NCBI GenBank assembly: GCA_043778225.1
Contig: JAYWGM010000075.1
Coordinates: 11,747-75,746 of the forward strand
From: Deinococcales bacterium
GTDB lineage: Bacteria; Deinococcota; Deinococci; Deinococcales; JAAFIG01
Direction: 5' to 3'
DNA length: 64,000 nucleotides
Below are positions 10,225 through 19,311 of this stretch, in pieces. Below the pieces are notes generated by a model, which saw nothing but the letters and a program-made list of their open reading frames with translations, did no database searches and was not told the origin of the DNA. The position numbers and the translations under genes were made by a program. Positions within the stretch are counted from its first letter, which is position 1; each line of letters starts with the position of its first letter.

Positions 10225-11166
10225 ATGTCTCGGCTTTTTTGGATCATTGTTTTCTTTTATTTTCAAGCTGCTACAGCCCAAAATCTGGCTTGGTCGCCAG
10301 TCTTAGGAACAGGACAAATCTGGAAAGTCAGTATCTCTGGGGTCAGCGACTTTCAATTAACCATCGGCAATAAAAACCAGCGTGGCTTTATGGCGCAAGT
10401 CCTCAGCAACAATAAAAATTCAACTGCCGAACTGTTCTATCGGCAAAAAGAAGACACCCTTGAGCTAACGATTTTGCCCTATGCCTGTACTTTTAGCACT
10501 GCCAAAAGTGTTCAGGGTCTGAGTTTTATTGGAGCAGCTTATTATCTTGCTCCCAATGCAACCAGCTATCAGAACTTACAACGTCGTTGCGAAATGTCTT
10601 ATCTCGACCCAAGTTTGCGCGGTGCGCCAGTCCCAGCTTTGGGTGGTGCGCCAATCCCAGCTTTGGGTGGTGCGCCAGTCCCAGCTTTGGGTGGTGCGCC
10701 AATTTCTTCGGAAACCCTAAAGCGCTTAATTGGAAATTCTGTGCCAACTTCTGCCGCCGCGCCGCTTGATGGAGCTTTGGCTCGAGCATGGCAACCTACT
10801 TTTACCTTGGGTCAAACATGGGATATTGCTTTTGAAGGCGTTGGAACTTGGGCAGTCAATCTTTTTGCGCTCGAACAAAACCTTCCTTACGGCTATGCAG
10901 TTGGTGCAGACACTCGAGTTGGGCTTGGCATTTATGTCACACCAGAACAATCTGGAATTGGTACAGACTTAGCCATATTTGTGGTGGCTGGGCAAAAAGA
11001 TTTGTATTACTGTATTGTCTTGCCCCAGAATTCTCGCAACCGCACTTGGACAGGAATTGGTGCAGTCCAACCAAGCGGCAAAGAATTGCTGGCTACGGGC
11101 AAGGGTTGCCAAATCAGTCTGCGCCCAACCACGCTTGCCAGTTTGTTTGAAATTATTCGCCTTTGA
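10225..11166 (+). CDS. Secreted hypothetical protein with GAPVPALG tandem repeats
   Basis: ORF 10207..11166 (TTG). The ATG at 10225 gives the signal peptide MSRLFWIIVFFYFQAATAQN. It contains an internal 24-bp x3.5 repeat. Confidence 0.65.
   Translation: MSRLFWIIVFFYFQAATAQNLAWSPVLGTGQIWKVSISGVSDFQLTIGNKNQRGFMAQVLSNNKNSTAELFYRQKEDTLELTILPYACTFSTAKSVQGLSFIGAAYYLAPNATSYQNLQRRCEMSYLDPSLRGAPVPALGGAPIPALGGAPVPALGGAPISSETLKRLIGNSVPTSAAAPLDGALARAWQPTFTLGQTWDIAFEGVGTWAVNLFALEQNLPYGYAVGADTRVGLGIYVTPEQSGIGTDLAIFVVAGQKDLYYCIVLPQNSRNRTWTGIGAVQPSGKELLATGKGCQISLRPTTLASLFEIIRL
10621..10703 (+). repeat. In-frame 24-bp tandem repeat (ggtgcgccaRtcccagctttgggt) x about 3.5
   Basis: Direct reading: copies at 10621, 10645 and 10669, with a partial copy at 10693. 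It encodes GAPVPALG/GAPIPALG. Confidence 0.95.
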
Positions 11167-11929
11167 TGGTCTCGAGCATCGCTCGGTGCAAATGCCGATT
11201 GCTGGCGACGATTTTTTTGTTTTCATACTGGTACGATTCGCCTGTAAAGTTACTGACTTGTCCGCCAGCTTCCTCGACGATTAAAATGCCAGCTGCACAA
11301 TCCCAAGCGTTCAGTTTATATTCAAAAAAACCATCTATTCGCCCACAAGCCACATAGCATAAATCAAGTGCCGCCGCCCCCGGACGACGAATTGGTAAGC
11401 CGAGGGTTAAAAACCGCTTAAAAACCTCGAGTGCCAAAAGTGCGGTCGCGGTGTCGTATGGAAACCCTGTGGCAAGCATCGCACGCCCAGTTAAAGTGGC
11501 TTGGCTCGAGACCTGAATTGGCTGACCATTCAAAAATGCACCACCGCCTTGGGTGGCACTAAATAATTCATCGCGCACTGGGTCATAAATTACGCCAACG
11601 GCTCGAACGCCAGCAATCTCAAGGGCAATCGAAACACAATAGAACGGAAAACCATGGGCATAATTGACTGTGCCATCCAATGGGTCAACAATCCAGAGGT
11701 AATCGCTGCTGCCAACACTGCCGCCTTCCTCGCCCAAAATCTGGTGGCTGGCAAATGCCTCGAGAATCAGGTGGCGAATCGTGGCTTCGCACTCAGCATC
11801 GACAATTGTCACCAAGTCGGATTCGACACTTTTACTGCTGATACCAAGGTCGCGCCCAAGGTAATCGCGTTGAATTTGACCGGCGGCTCGAGCCGCTTTG
11901 ATTGCAAGGGCTAAAAATTCTGCATTCAT
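11153..11929 (-). CDS. suhB: Inositol monophosphatase family protein
   Basis: WIVDPLDGTVNYAHG and the AWDCAAG-type C-terminal motif. Its 3' end overlaps the convergent gene by 14 bp. Confidence 0.88.
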   Translation of the reverse strand: MNAEFLALAIKAARAAGQIQRDYLGRDLGISSKSVESDLVTIVDAECEATIRHLILEAFASHQILGEEGGSVGSSDYLWIVDPLDGTVNYAHGFPFYCVSIALEIAGVRAVGVIYDPVRDELFSATQGGGAFLNGQPIQVSSQATLTGRAMLATGFPYDTATALLALEVFKRFLTLGLPIRRPGAAALDLCYVACGRIDGFFEYKLNAWDCAAGILIVEEAGGQVSNFTGESYQYENKKIVASNRHLHRAMLETIKGE

Positions 11930-12123
11930 GAGCTAAGTCTAACCTGTTGCGCGTAGCCATGGTTTCATTGGCTCGAGCGCAAGTCCAGTTTTAGCTTTAG
12001 ACATAACTCGAGAATGTAGGTTGTACTTACTTCAGCCCCCATTCAGGCTCGGGTCACGTTGAATTTAAGTGGCTTTTGCATGATAACTGGAGTCTCGAGA
12101 AACGAGACAACAGGAGGATTCAA

Positions 12124-12693
12124 ATGGAACGAGTTACTGCACTTTTTCAAGACCGTCACCGCGCCGAGGAAGCCATCGAACTCTTACGAGCTATGGGTAT
12201 TAGCGACTCAAAACTATCGATCGTTGGTTCGCATGGCGAAGAAATGGCTGGCGAAGTCGGCGAAATGATGCAAAAAGATGTCACCTCTGGTGCAACCCGT
12301 GGCTTGACCGTGGGCGCTTCGGCGGGTGTCTTATTTGGTATCGCTGCTGCCCTCATTCCGGGGGTCGGTCCGTTTATCACGGCTGGCGCATTGGCGACCA
12401 GCCTTGGGGCTGTGGCTGGTGGAGCGGTGGCTGGGGCTGTGGTCGGTGGCACAGCAGGTTCTTTGGCTGGCGCTTTTTCGCAGGCTGGCTATGAAAAGGA
12501 CGAAGCCGACTTTTATGGTCAAGCTGTTCATCAAGGCGATTATATGGTTGCCGTGGACGCTGCCGATGCCGTCGAGGCGCAAAGTGTCCGTAGTGTCTTA
12601 AATAACGCGAGTGCCAAATACTACAAAGGTATGGATTCTGACCACACGAACACAATGTCCACCAACCAAGCCGCACCACCCATGACAAGGTAA
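12124..12693 (+). CDS. General stress protein (17M-like N-domain plus Gly-zipper membrane segment)
   Basis: ORF 12076..12693. The ATG at 12124 is preceded by AGGAGG. MERVTALFQDRHRAEEAIELLRAMGI is followed by a Gly/Ala-rich hydrophobic stretch. Confidence 0.7.
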   Translation: MERVTALFQDRHRAEEAIELLRAMGISDSKLSIVGSHGEEMAGEVGEMMQKDVTSGATRGLTVGASAGVLFGIAAALIPGVGPFITAGALATSLGAVAGGAVAGAVVGGTAGSLAGAFSQAGYEKDEADFYGQAVHQGDYMVAVDAADAVEAQSVRSVLNNASAKYYKGMDSDHTNTMSTNQAAPPMTR

Positions 12694-12699
12694 TCAAGC

Positions 12700-12727
12700 G
12701 ACCTCGAGGCAGCCGTGCCTCGAGGTC
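12700..12727 (+). terminator. Perfect 12-bp hairpin made of two CTCGAG sites (GACCTCGAGGCA-gccg-TGCCTCGAGGTC)
   Basis: Read directly. It lies immediately after the stop at 12693 and is followed by agatttt. Confidence 0.6.
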
Positions 12728-12748
12728 AGATTTTAGGAGATGATAACC

Positions 12749-13240
12749 ATGGAACTTGCCACCTTAAAAGATTTGTACATCGAACAACTGCGCGATTTAT
12801 ACTCTGCCGAATCGCAGTTGTGTGAAGCCCTGCCAAAAATGGTCAAAGCTGCCCACAATGCCGAACTCAAAAGCAGTTTTGAGCAGCACCTCAAAGAAAC
12901 CAAGCAACAACGCCAAGATGTTGGAGATTTAATTCGCGCTCATGGTCATGACCCCGAAGGTCACGAATGTAAAGCCATGAAAGGCATCATTGCCGAAGGC
13001 GAAGAAATGATCAAAGAAAAAGCTGATCCTGATGTCAAAGATGCTGGCTTGATAGCGGCGGCTCAGCGTGTTGAGCATTACGAAATTGCTGGCTACGGAA
13101 CTGTTTGTGCTTATGCTAAACGACTTGGCGATAAAAAAGGGGCAGAAATTCTGCACCGAATTGCCCAAGAAGAAGGCGACACTGACCAAAAGCTGACGAT
13201 GCTTGCCGAACAGGTAATCAATCCAGCCGCGATGCAGTAA
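12749..13240 (+). CDS. Ferritin-like DUF892/YciE family protein
   Basis: MELATLKDLYIEQLRDLYSAESQ...EHYEIAGYG is typical of YciE/YciF. AGGAGA lies 8 nt upstream of the ATG at 12749. Confidence 0.8.
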   Translation: MELATLKDLYIEQLRDLYSAESQLCEALPKMVKAAHNAELKSSFEQHLKETKQQRQDVGDLIRAHGHDPEGHECKAMKGIIAEGEEMIKEKADPDVKDAGLIAAAQRVEHYEIAGYGTVCAYAKRLGDKKGAEILHRIAQEEGDTDQKLTMLAEQVINPAAMQ

Positions 13241-13255
13241 AACAGATTGGCTTGG

Positions 13256-13291
13256 TTCACTTGTCTATTTTTAGGCAAGTGAATTTTTTTT
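13256..13291 (+). terminator. Rho-independent terminator
   Basis: TTCACTTG-12 nt-CAAGTGAA stem followed by T8. Confidence 0.7.
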
Positions 13292-13302
13292 GACCACTAT
13301 TT

Positions 13303-15318
13303 TTACTCAAGTTTCAGCAGTGGTAACTTGACAATCGCTTTTGTGCCAACATCAAGTTCACTCTCGAGATGGACTGTCCCACCATGCTGCTGCGCGATAC
13401 CTCGAGCAATGGTCAGACCTAACCCTGTACCACCGGGGTCAGTGCCACGGGCGCGACCTTGGTCAACTCGGTAGAACCGTTCAAAAACCAACTCGAGATT
13501 GCTTCTTGAAATACCCATGCCGCTGTCTTGGACACAGACCACCGCAAAATCGCTTTCGACTTCCAGCCAAACACGAACTGACCCGTTTTTTGGGGTGTAC
13601 TTAAAAGCATTTTCAAACAGAATAAAAAAGAGTTGCTTGAGTTTATCGCGGCTGCCTTTGACCACCACTTGAGTTGTCTTTGTGAGGTCAAGTGTATGTG
13701 AATCAGATAATAAACGGGCTGAACGAGTTGTTTGGTTGACAAGTTCATGCAGGTGAATGGGGATAAATTCGGATTTGACCTGAGTCTCACCTCGAGCCAA
13801 ATCCAATAAATCGGTAATTAAACGGCTCAGTCTCGAGGTTTCACGCTCGGCATCATCAAGCATTTCTTGGCGTTGGTCTTCGGGGATATTTGAATGGCGG
13901 CGTAAAAGCTGCAAGTTGCCGCGAATACTGGTCAAAGGCGCACGCAATTCGTGAGCAGCATCGGAGACAAAACGCCGTTGGGCTTGACTGACTTCGCGCA
14001 GTTTGGTCTCGAGTTCGGAGCGACTAGAAATATCGGTGTTGGTGCCAAACCAACGTATTGTCTTGCCTTGAGGGTCACGAATTGGTTCAATGCGCGTTAA
14101 AAACATTCGATAGTTACCATCGGCATTACGCAATGGAAATTCCATTTCGCTCGATTCACCATTTGCCAATATATTTTCCCATTGGGTGATCACGCTGGGT
14201 AGAATCTCTGGGTCATGAACACTCTGCCAACCAAGCCCCTGCATTTCTTGCGGGGTCGTGCCAGTGTATTCATACCAACGGCGGTTAAACCAAAAAATTT
14301 GCCCATCGGGTTCAGCAATCCAAGCCAATTGCGAAATACCATCAATCATGGTTCTAAAACGCTGCTCACTTGCCTCGAGTGCCAAAAACAAATCCTTTTT
14401 TTCGTCCTCGGCACGTTTACGTTTGGTAATGTCAATGGTGCTGCCGATGACTTGGCAAACTTTGCCTTGGGTGTTTCGCTCGGTCACGATACTATCTAGG
14501 ACATCAATCCAGTGTCCGTCTTGGTGGCGTACTCGGTACTCAAGGCTTAGCTCATCAATTTCTTGGATGTGAAGTCCAGCCAATTTTAATCGATCATCTG
14601 GATGAACCAAAGCTAACCACGCTTGGCTGGTCAGGGAAGTCGCTAAGTTTTCTGCCCCTAAAAATTTTGCGAAGCCAGCCGAGCGCCAAACCACTTGGGT
14701 TACCAGATTCCATTCGTAAATAAAGCCACCAACCGCCCGTTCGGCGGCTTCAAAACGAGCGCTGATGCGCTTTTCATTTTCAAAAAGCCGTGCCCGTTCA
14801 ACTGAACCGGCGGCTAAATCTGCCATGGACTCGAGAAAAACTTGGTCGCTTTGACTCCAGATTCGCACTTCATGAAAACTGAGGTTAAGTACACCAATCG
14901 CTTCTTGATGTGCAATTAAAGGAATGCTTGCGCCAGCTTGAAAAGCAGACTTTTCTATGGCGAGTGTCAAGTTTGGGTAAAGCTGCTTATACTGCTCGGC
15001 ACTTTGAATCCAAATTGAACCCCGAGAACGCATCGCATCGGTGGCTGGAGAACGTAAATCAAGTGGAATAGACCCATAGGCTTCGGCTGTTGGCTGGTCG
15101 TACCCAATCGAAGCCACAGTGAGCAAAACATTTTTTTCAAGCTGATGCAGAGCGCCACCTTGTGCGCCCAAGGCTTGAATCGCGTGTTCCAAAAAAGCAT
15201 CAAAAATTTGTTGTGGTGTGATGGCTCGAGCAAATGCCGCAGTTGCACTTTGTAAAGTCAACCAAGGGTTGGTCGCGTTATTCATTGGTTTGTTTGCCCG
15301 TGAAGTGCGGGAGGTCAA
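13303..15318 (-). CDS. Sensor histidine kinase with GAF and PAS domains
   Basis: N-terminal GAF-like region, two PAS/PAC segments, HisKA (SDAAHELRAPLTSI) and HATPase_c (DSGMGIS...GTGLGLTIA). Confidence 0.88.
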   Translation of the reverse strand: MTSRTSRANKPMNNATNPWLTLQSATAAFARAITPQQIFDAFLEHAIQALGAQGGALHQLEKNVLLTVASIGYDQPTAEAYGSIPLDLRSPATDAMRSRGSIWIQSAEQYKQLYPNLTLAIEKSAFQAGASIPLIAHQEAIGVLNLSFHEVRIWSQSDQVFLESMADLAAGSVERARLFENEKRISARFEAAERAVGGFIYEWNLVTQVVWRSAGFAKFLGAENLATSLTSQAWLALVHPDDRLKLAGLHIQEIDELSLEYRVRHQDGHWIDVLDSIVTERNTQGKVCQVIGSTIDITKRKRAEDEKKDLFLALEASEQRFRTMIDGISQLAWIAEPDGQIFWFNRRWYEYTGTTPQEMQGLGWQSVHDPEILPSVITQWENILANGESSEMEFPLRNADGNYRMFLTRIEPIRDPQGKTIRWFGTNTDISSRSELETKLREVSQAQRRFVSDAAHELRAPLTSIRGNLQLLRRHSNIPEDQRQEMLDDAERETSRLSRLITDLLDLARGETQVKSEFIPIHLHELVNQTTRSARLLSDSHTLDLTKTTQVVVKGSRDKLKQLFFILFENAFKYTPKNGSVRVWLEVESDFAVVCVQDSGMGISRSNLELVFERFYRVDQGRARGTDPGGTGLGLTIARGIAQQHGGTVHLESELDVGTKAIVKLPLLKLE

Positions 15319-15327
15319 GAACGCTCA

Positions 15328-16095
15328 TCAGGAAAAACCTAAACGTTGTGGGACAAGTCCAAACTGCTCGAGTTGAATCGTTTCACCTAGCTCGAGCAAT
15401 GCCCATGCACCACTGGCAACCCCATCTGACCAATGCGATTCGGTTGGACCAAGCAGCGTGATGTACTGAATTTGATCCACCGTGCGGTTGTCAAACCAGT
15501 GGGCATGACCCGAAACACAGAGCCGTACTTTACCGCTTTCTAAAAAGATTTGGCGTGCCAATTCAGCATTCTTTGGGCTGGCGTGCTGGCGGTACTCGGT
15601 TTCAAAATAAGGATTACCCTCGAGCCATTGTCCATGCAAAGGCTGGTGGCTAAAAACCACCACTGGTGTCTGGCAATTTTTCAGCGTTTCCTCGAGCCAC
15701 CTTAACGTGCTGTTGGACAGTAAGCCACCCGTTGTGGCATCGTAGGTCTCTAAAAAAACCAGTGTCCAACCCTTAAACTCGACTGCATGATTGCCTAAAT
15801 TTGCACCGAGAATGGCTTCTTGGTCGCTTTTGGCTAACATATCGTGGTTACCCGAAAGATGATGCCTTGGATAAGGCAGGCGCTTAAATTCATGCGCCAA
15901 CTCGAGTAAGCGCTGGCGGTCTACTTCGGGGTTTTCGTCAGTCAAGCGGTCGCCAAGTTCGATGACCGCATCTGGCTCGAGCAAATGAATCTCGCCAACA
16001 ATTTTAGTAAGCAAGGCTAGGGCTTGTGGACCACGAACTTTACCTGTGTCGCGTCCATGATGAAGGTCGGTAACAATTGCTAAACGAACACCCAT
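15328..16095 (-). CDS. Metallophosphoesterase (calcineurin-like)
   Basis: ORF 15328..16452 trimmed to Met120 (MGVRLAIVTDLHHG). GDRL, SGNHD and GHAHW motifs. The upstream 119 codons are antisense to potA and look non-protein-like. Confidence 0.8.
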   Translation of the reverse strand: MGVRLAIVTDLHHGRDTGKVRGPQALALLTKIVGEIHLLEPDAVIELGDRLTDENPEVDRQRLLELAHEFKRLPYPRHHLSGNHDMLAKSDQEAILGANLGNHAVEFKGWTLVFLETYDATTGGLLSNSTLRWLEETLKNCQTPVVVFSHQPLHGQWLEGNPYFETEYRQHASPKNAELARQIFLESGKVRLCVSGHAHWFDNRTVDQIQYITLLGPTESHWSDGVASGAWALLELGETIQLEQFGLVPQRLGFS

Positions 16096-16174
16096 GACCC
16101 GTAGAATACCGCATAAATCAGCAGGACATTGGTCAAAACTAAACTTGGTATTGCCCAATACGGTATGATGCTGC

Positions 16175-17305
16175 ATGGAACTCAACATCGGTGAGCGACG
16201 AAAACGGGTACTCGAGGACAGCGTGGATGTACATTTCAAGGACATCCGAAAGTCCTTTGGTGAGGTCGAAGTCTTAAAAGGCATTAACCTCGAGATTCGC
16301 CGTGGTGAATTTTTTAGTTTGCTCGGACCGTCTGGCTGCGGTAAAACCACGCTGTTGCGAATTCTGGCTGGTTTTGAATTTGCCGACTCTGGGGCAGTTT
16401 TGCTGCGCGGGCAGGATGTTGCGCCATTAGCCCCCAACCAGCGCAGTGTCAATACCGTTTTTCAAAACTATGCGCTTTTTCCTCACATGACGGTGGCTGA
16501 TAATGTCGCCTTTGGCTTAAAAATGCGAAAAATCCCAGCCGCCCAAATCCGTGATAAAGTCCAAAAAGCCCTCGAGATGGTCGAAATCAGTGGATTTGCC
16601 GACCGCAAACCGATGCAGTTAAGCGGTGGGCAGCGCCAGCGTGTCGCATTGGCTCGAGCCATTGTCAACGAACCACAAGTGCTGCTGCTCGACGAACCGC
16701 TCTCGGCACTTGACCGAAAACTGCGCGTCAATCTGCAAGTTGAACTGATGCGCTTACAGGCTCGCTTGGGCTTAACCTTTATTTTTGTGACCCACGACCA
16801 AGAAGAAGCGCTCACCATGTCTGACCGCATTGCCGTCATGAATAAGGGGGTGATTGAGCAACTTGGTGCTGTCCAAGAGATGTACGAGCGCCCAGCCAAC
16901 GCCTATGTGGCACAATTTTTAGGCTCAAGCAACTTACTCGAAGGCACGGTCACGGCTGCCGACACCGTTAAAACTAAACTCGGTCTACTCGAGGTGCGCG
17001 ACCACTTGCCCAATATCGGGCAAGACGTGCTGCTTTCGATTCGACCAGAAAAAATTCAGTTGTCTCGAGTCCAGACGACCCAGCAAAATACAGTCACGGT
17101 TAAAGTCACCGACGATATTTACCAAGGCGCAACCGGTGCGTACCGCGTCAAAACTGCCGACAACCTTGAACTCGAGGTCAACACCATGAATTCTGGTCTG
17201 ACTGACCTCGATTTTACAATAGATGATTGGCTGTTTGCCCATTTGCCAGCCAATTTAATCGTTGTCTTGGGCAGCAGCCACTTAGCAGAGGAGAGGTCAG
17301 CATGA
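16175..17305 (+). CDS. potA: Spermidine/putrescine ABC transporter ATP-binding protein
   Basis: Walker A GPSGCGKTT, signature LSGGQRQRVALARA, Walker B LLLDEP and a C-terminal TOBE-like domain. Confidence 0.9.
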   Translation: MELNIGERRKRVLEDSVDVHFKDIRKSFGEVEVLKGINLEIRRGEFFSLLGPSGCGKTTLLRILAGFEFADSGAVLLRGQDVAPLAPNQRSVNTVFQNYALFPHMTVADNVAFGLKMRKIPAAQIRDKVQKALEMVEISGFADRKPMQLSGGQRQRVALARAIVNEPQVLLLDEPLSALDRKLRVNLQVELMRLQARLGLTFIFVTHDQEEALTMSDRIAVMNKGVIEQLGAVQEMYERPANAYVAQFLGSSNLLEGTVTAADTVKTKLGLLEVRDHLPNIGQDVLLSIRPEKIQLSRVQTTQQNTVTVKVTDDIYQGATGAYRVKTADNLELEVNTMNSGLTDLDFTIDDWLFAHLPANLIVVLGSSHLAEERSA

Positions 17306-18225
17306 AAAAGCCCCCAAAACTCGAGGCGGCTGGCGGCGAGCTTTTAAGCCCAATGCAGCTTTTATCTCGAGCCGCCGTCAGTGCTGGACCCGGTATCATT
17401 TGGATTGCGCTCTTTTTGGTTTTGCCAATGCTGATTTTATTTGGCTATAGTTTTTTAACCCGCGATGAACTCGGCAATGCGGTCTTCCCACTGACGCTCG
17501 ATAACTATGTCCGTTTTGCTGGCTGGGACGTGCTTGGGTACGATGCTGCCTATTTAATTATCGTCGGGCGTACGATTGTGGTTTCTTTGGTCACAACCTT
17601 TTTTTGTGTTTTGATTGCCTATCCATTGGCTTTTTTTATTGCCGCCCACAAACCACTGGTCAGAGACCGACTGATGATTTTTGTGATTGTGCCAAGTTGG
17701 GTCAATTTGGTGATTCGCACTTATGCGTGGATGATTATGTTTAATCCCTCGAGTCCGATTACGCAGTTGGCTGCCAGTCTTGGAATTGTTAAGCCCAATG
17801 AAGGTTTATACCCGTCGGATTTTGCAGTCTATATCGGTATGGTGAATATTTATTTGCCATTTATTGTTTTGCCACTTTACAGTGCGGTCGAGCGAATAGA
17901 TTGGTCGCAACTCGAGGCAGCCCAAGACCTCTATGCCACCAAAACTCAAGCCTTTTTTCAAGTGCTTGTGCCACAAACCTTACCCGGTTTGACTGCCGGA
18001 ATTATTCTCACTGCCATTCCAGCCTTGGGAATGTTTGTTGTGCCAGACTTACTTGGTGGAGCTAAAGTGGCTTTAATTGGCAATAGCATCGCCCAACAAT
18101 TTGGTGCATCCAGAGATTACCCGTTTGGCGCAGCCATCAGCTTTTTGGTGATGGGTTTAACGCTGCTGGTTTTGTGGTTGTACGCCCGTCGAGTAGGGGA
18201 GAAGGGAATGCGTGATTTGTTATGA
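17302..18225 (+). CDS. potB: Polyamine ABC transporter permease
   Basis: ORF 17227..18225. The ATG at 17302 has a GGAGAG SD and an ATGA overlap with the potA stop. BPD_transp_1 topology with the EAAQDLYA loop. Confidence 0.88.
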   Translation: MKKPPKLEAAGGELLSPMQLLSRAAVSAGPGIIWIALFLVLPMLILFGYSFLTRDELGNAVFPLTLDNYVRFAGWDVLGYDAAYLIIVGRTIVVSLVTTFFCVLIAYPLAFFIAAHKPLVRDRLMIFVIVPSWVNLVIRTYAWMIMFNPSSPITQLAASLGIVKPNEGLYPSDFAVYIGMVNIYLPFIVLPLYSAVERIDWSQLEAAQDLYATKTQAFFQVLVPQTLPGLTAGIILTAIPALGMFVVPDLLGGAKVALIGNSIAQQFGASRDYPFGAAISFLVMGLTLLVLWLYARRVGEKGMRDLL

Positions 18226-18267
18226 AGGTTAAAAGGTCAAAAGGTCAAAGGGTTAAAAGGTCAAAGG
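18225..18267. repeat. Tandem GGTYAAAR octamer-like repeats in the potB-potC spacer
   Basis: aaggttaaaaggtcaaaaggtcaaagggttaaaaggtcaaagg, read directly. The same word family recurs inverted at 22198-22280. Confidence 0.85.
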
Positions 18268-18376
18268 CGACCATGCTCGTTAGCGAACCTGCCCGTGTGG
18301 TGGTTCAAGACAGGTGCTGCTTTAAGGTCAAGAAGGCTAAAAGTTATGGCATTGTGTTTGGCTGGGGGAAGAGCTG

Positions 18377-19270
18377 ATGTTTTGGGTTATTTTTTTGCTG
18401 GTTACGCTGCTTTTGTTTGTGGCTTGGTATTTTGGGTTGCGTCGTTCTCAGGTTCGTCAAGCCAGTTTAGGCTTGTCTTTAACCAGTTTTTTTGCTTTTG
18501 CCTTTTTATATGCGCCGATTCTGGTGGTGGCGGTGATGAGCTTTAATAACTCGAGATTTCGCCTAGATTGGGTTGGTTTTACCACCAAATGGTATGCCAA
18601 AATTTTTGGCGATGAAAGCGTGACGGGTGGACTCGAGGGGGCGCAATTGTTGGCAGCCACCCAAAATACGTTAATTCTGGCAATCATCAGCACCGCCATT
18701 GCCACGATAATCGGTTCTTTATTGGGCTATGGCTTGCATCGTTATCGCTTTCCGGGTTCGCAACTGACCGCTTGGCTGATGTATATCCCAGTCGTCACGC
18801 CCGATATTGTGATGGCGATTTCTTTACTGCTGTTGTATCAAGTGCTGCGAAATGTCTTGCCATTTTTTGAACCCGGAATGCCCGCGATGGTGATTGCCCA
18901 TGTGACTTTCCAAATTGCTTTTGTGGCAATAGTGGTGCGCTCAAGACTCGCGACGCTCGACCCCGCGCTCGAGGAAGCGGCTCGAGACTTGTATGCCTCA
19001 CCGCTCGAGACGGTGCGCCATGTGGTGCTGCCGCTCGCCCTGCCGGGTGTGATGGCTGGGGCATTGCTGGCATTTACGCTTTCGATTGATGATTTTGTGA
19101 TTTCATTTTTTACTTCTGGTCCAGAATCGCAAACCCTCCCGATTCTGATTTATGCCTCGGTCAAGCGCGGTATTACCCCAGACATCAATGCCCTTTCGAC
19201 GATTATTGTGCTGCTGACCATGGCTGGGGTTTTTTTAAGCCAAATTTTACAGCGCAACCAAAAAAATTAA
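18377..19270 (+). CDS. potC: Polyamine ABC transporter permease
   Basis: BPD_transp_1 permease with the EEAARDLYA loop, following potB. Confidence 0.88.
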   Translation: MFWVIFLLVTLLLFVAWYFGLRRSQVRQASLGLSLTSFFAFAFLYAPILVVAVMSFNNSRFRLDWVGFTTKWYAKIFGDESVTGGLEGAQLLAATQNTLILAIISTAIATIIGSLLGYGLHRYRFPGSQLTAWLMYIPVVTPDIVMAISLLLLYQVLRNVLPFFEPGMPAMVIAHVTFQIAFVAIVVRSRLATLDPALEEAARDLYASPLETVRHVVLPLALPGVMAGALLAFTLSIDDFVISFFTSGPESQTLPILIYASVKRGITPDINALSTIIVLLTMAGVFLSQILQRNQKN

Positions 19271-19296
19271 ACGCCTTACAAAATGTAAGGCGTTTC
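19271..19296. terminator. Bidirectional hairpin terminator between convergent genes
   Basis: ACGCCTTACA-aaa-TGTAAGGCGT followed by TT. It is flanked by an A-run on the other side. Confidence 0.7.
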
Positions 19297-19311
19297 TCGA
19301 GAAAATAGTTA

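Noticed and set aside
15328-16452. Full-length 374-aa ORF on the minus strand overlapping the 5' end of potA
   Set aside because: The first 119 codons (MTLRWLGANGATSCPRSKTAPESANSKPARIRNS...) are low-complexity and antisense to the well-conserved potA Walker region. The metallophosphoesterase homology starts at MGVRLAIVTDLHHG, so I trimmed the gene to 15328..16095.
18225-18267. Short repeats at 18225, 22198 and 55590 as possible CRISPR arrays
   Set aside because: The units are 8-25 bp and directly abutting, with no unique spacers. There are only 2-5 copies and no cas genes in the window.
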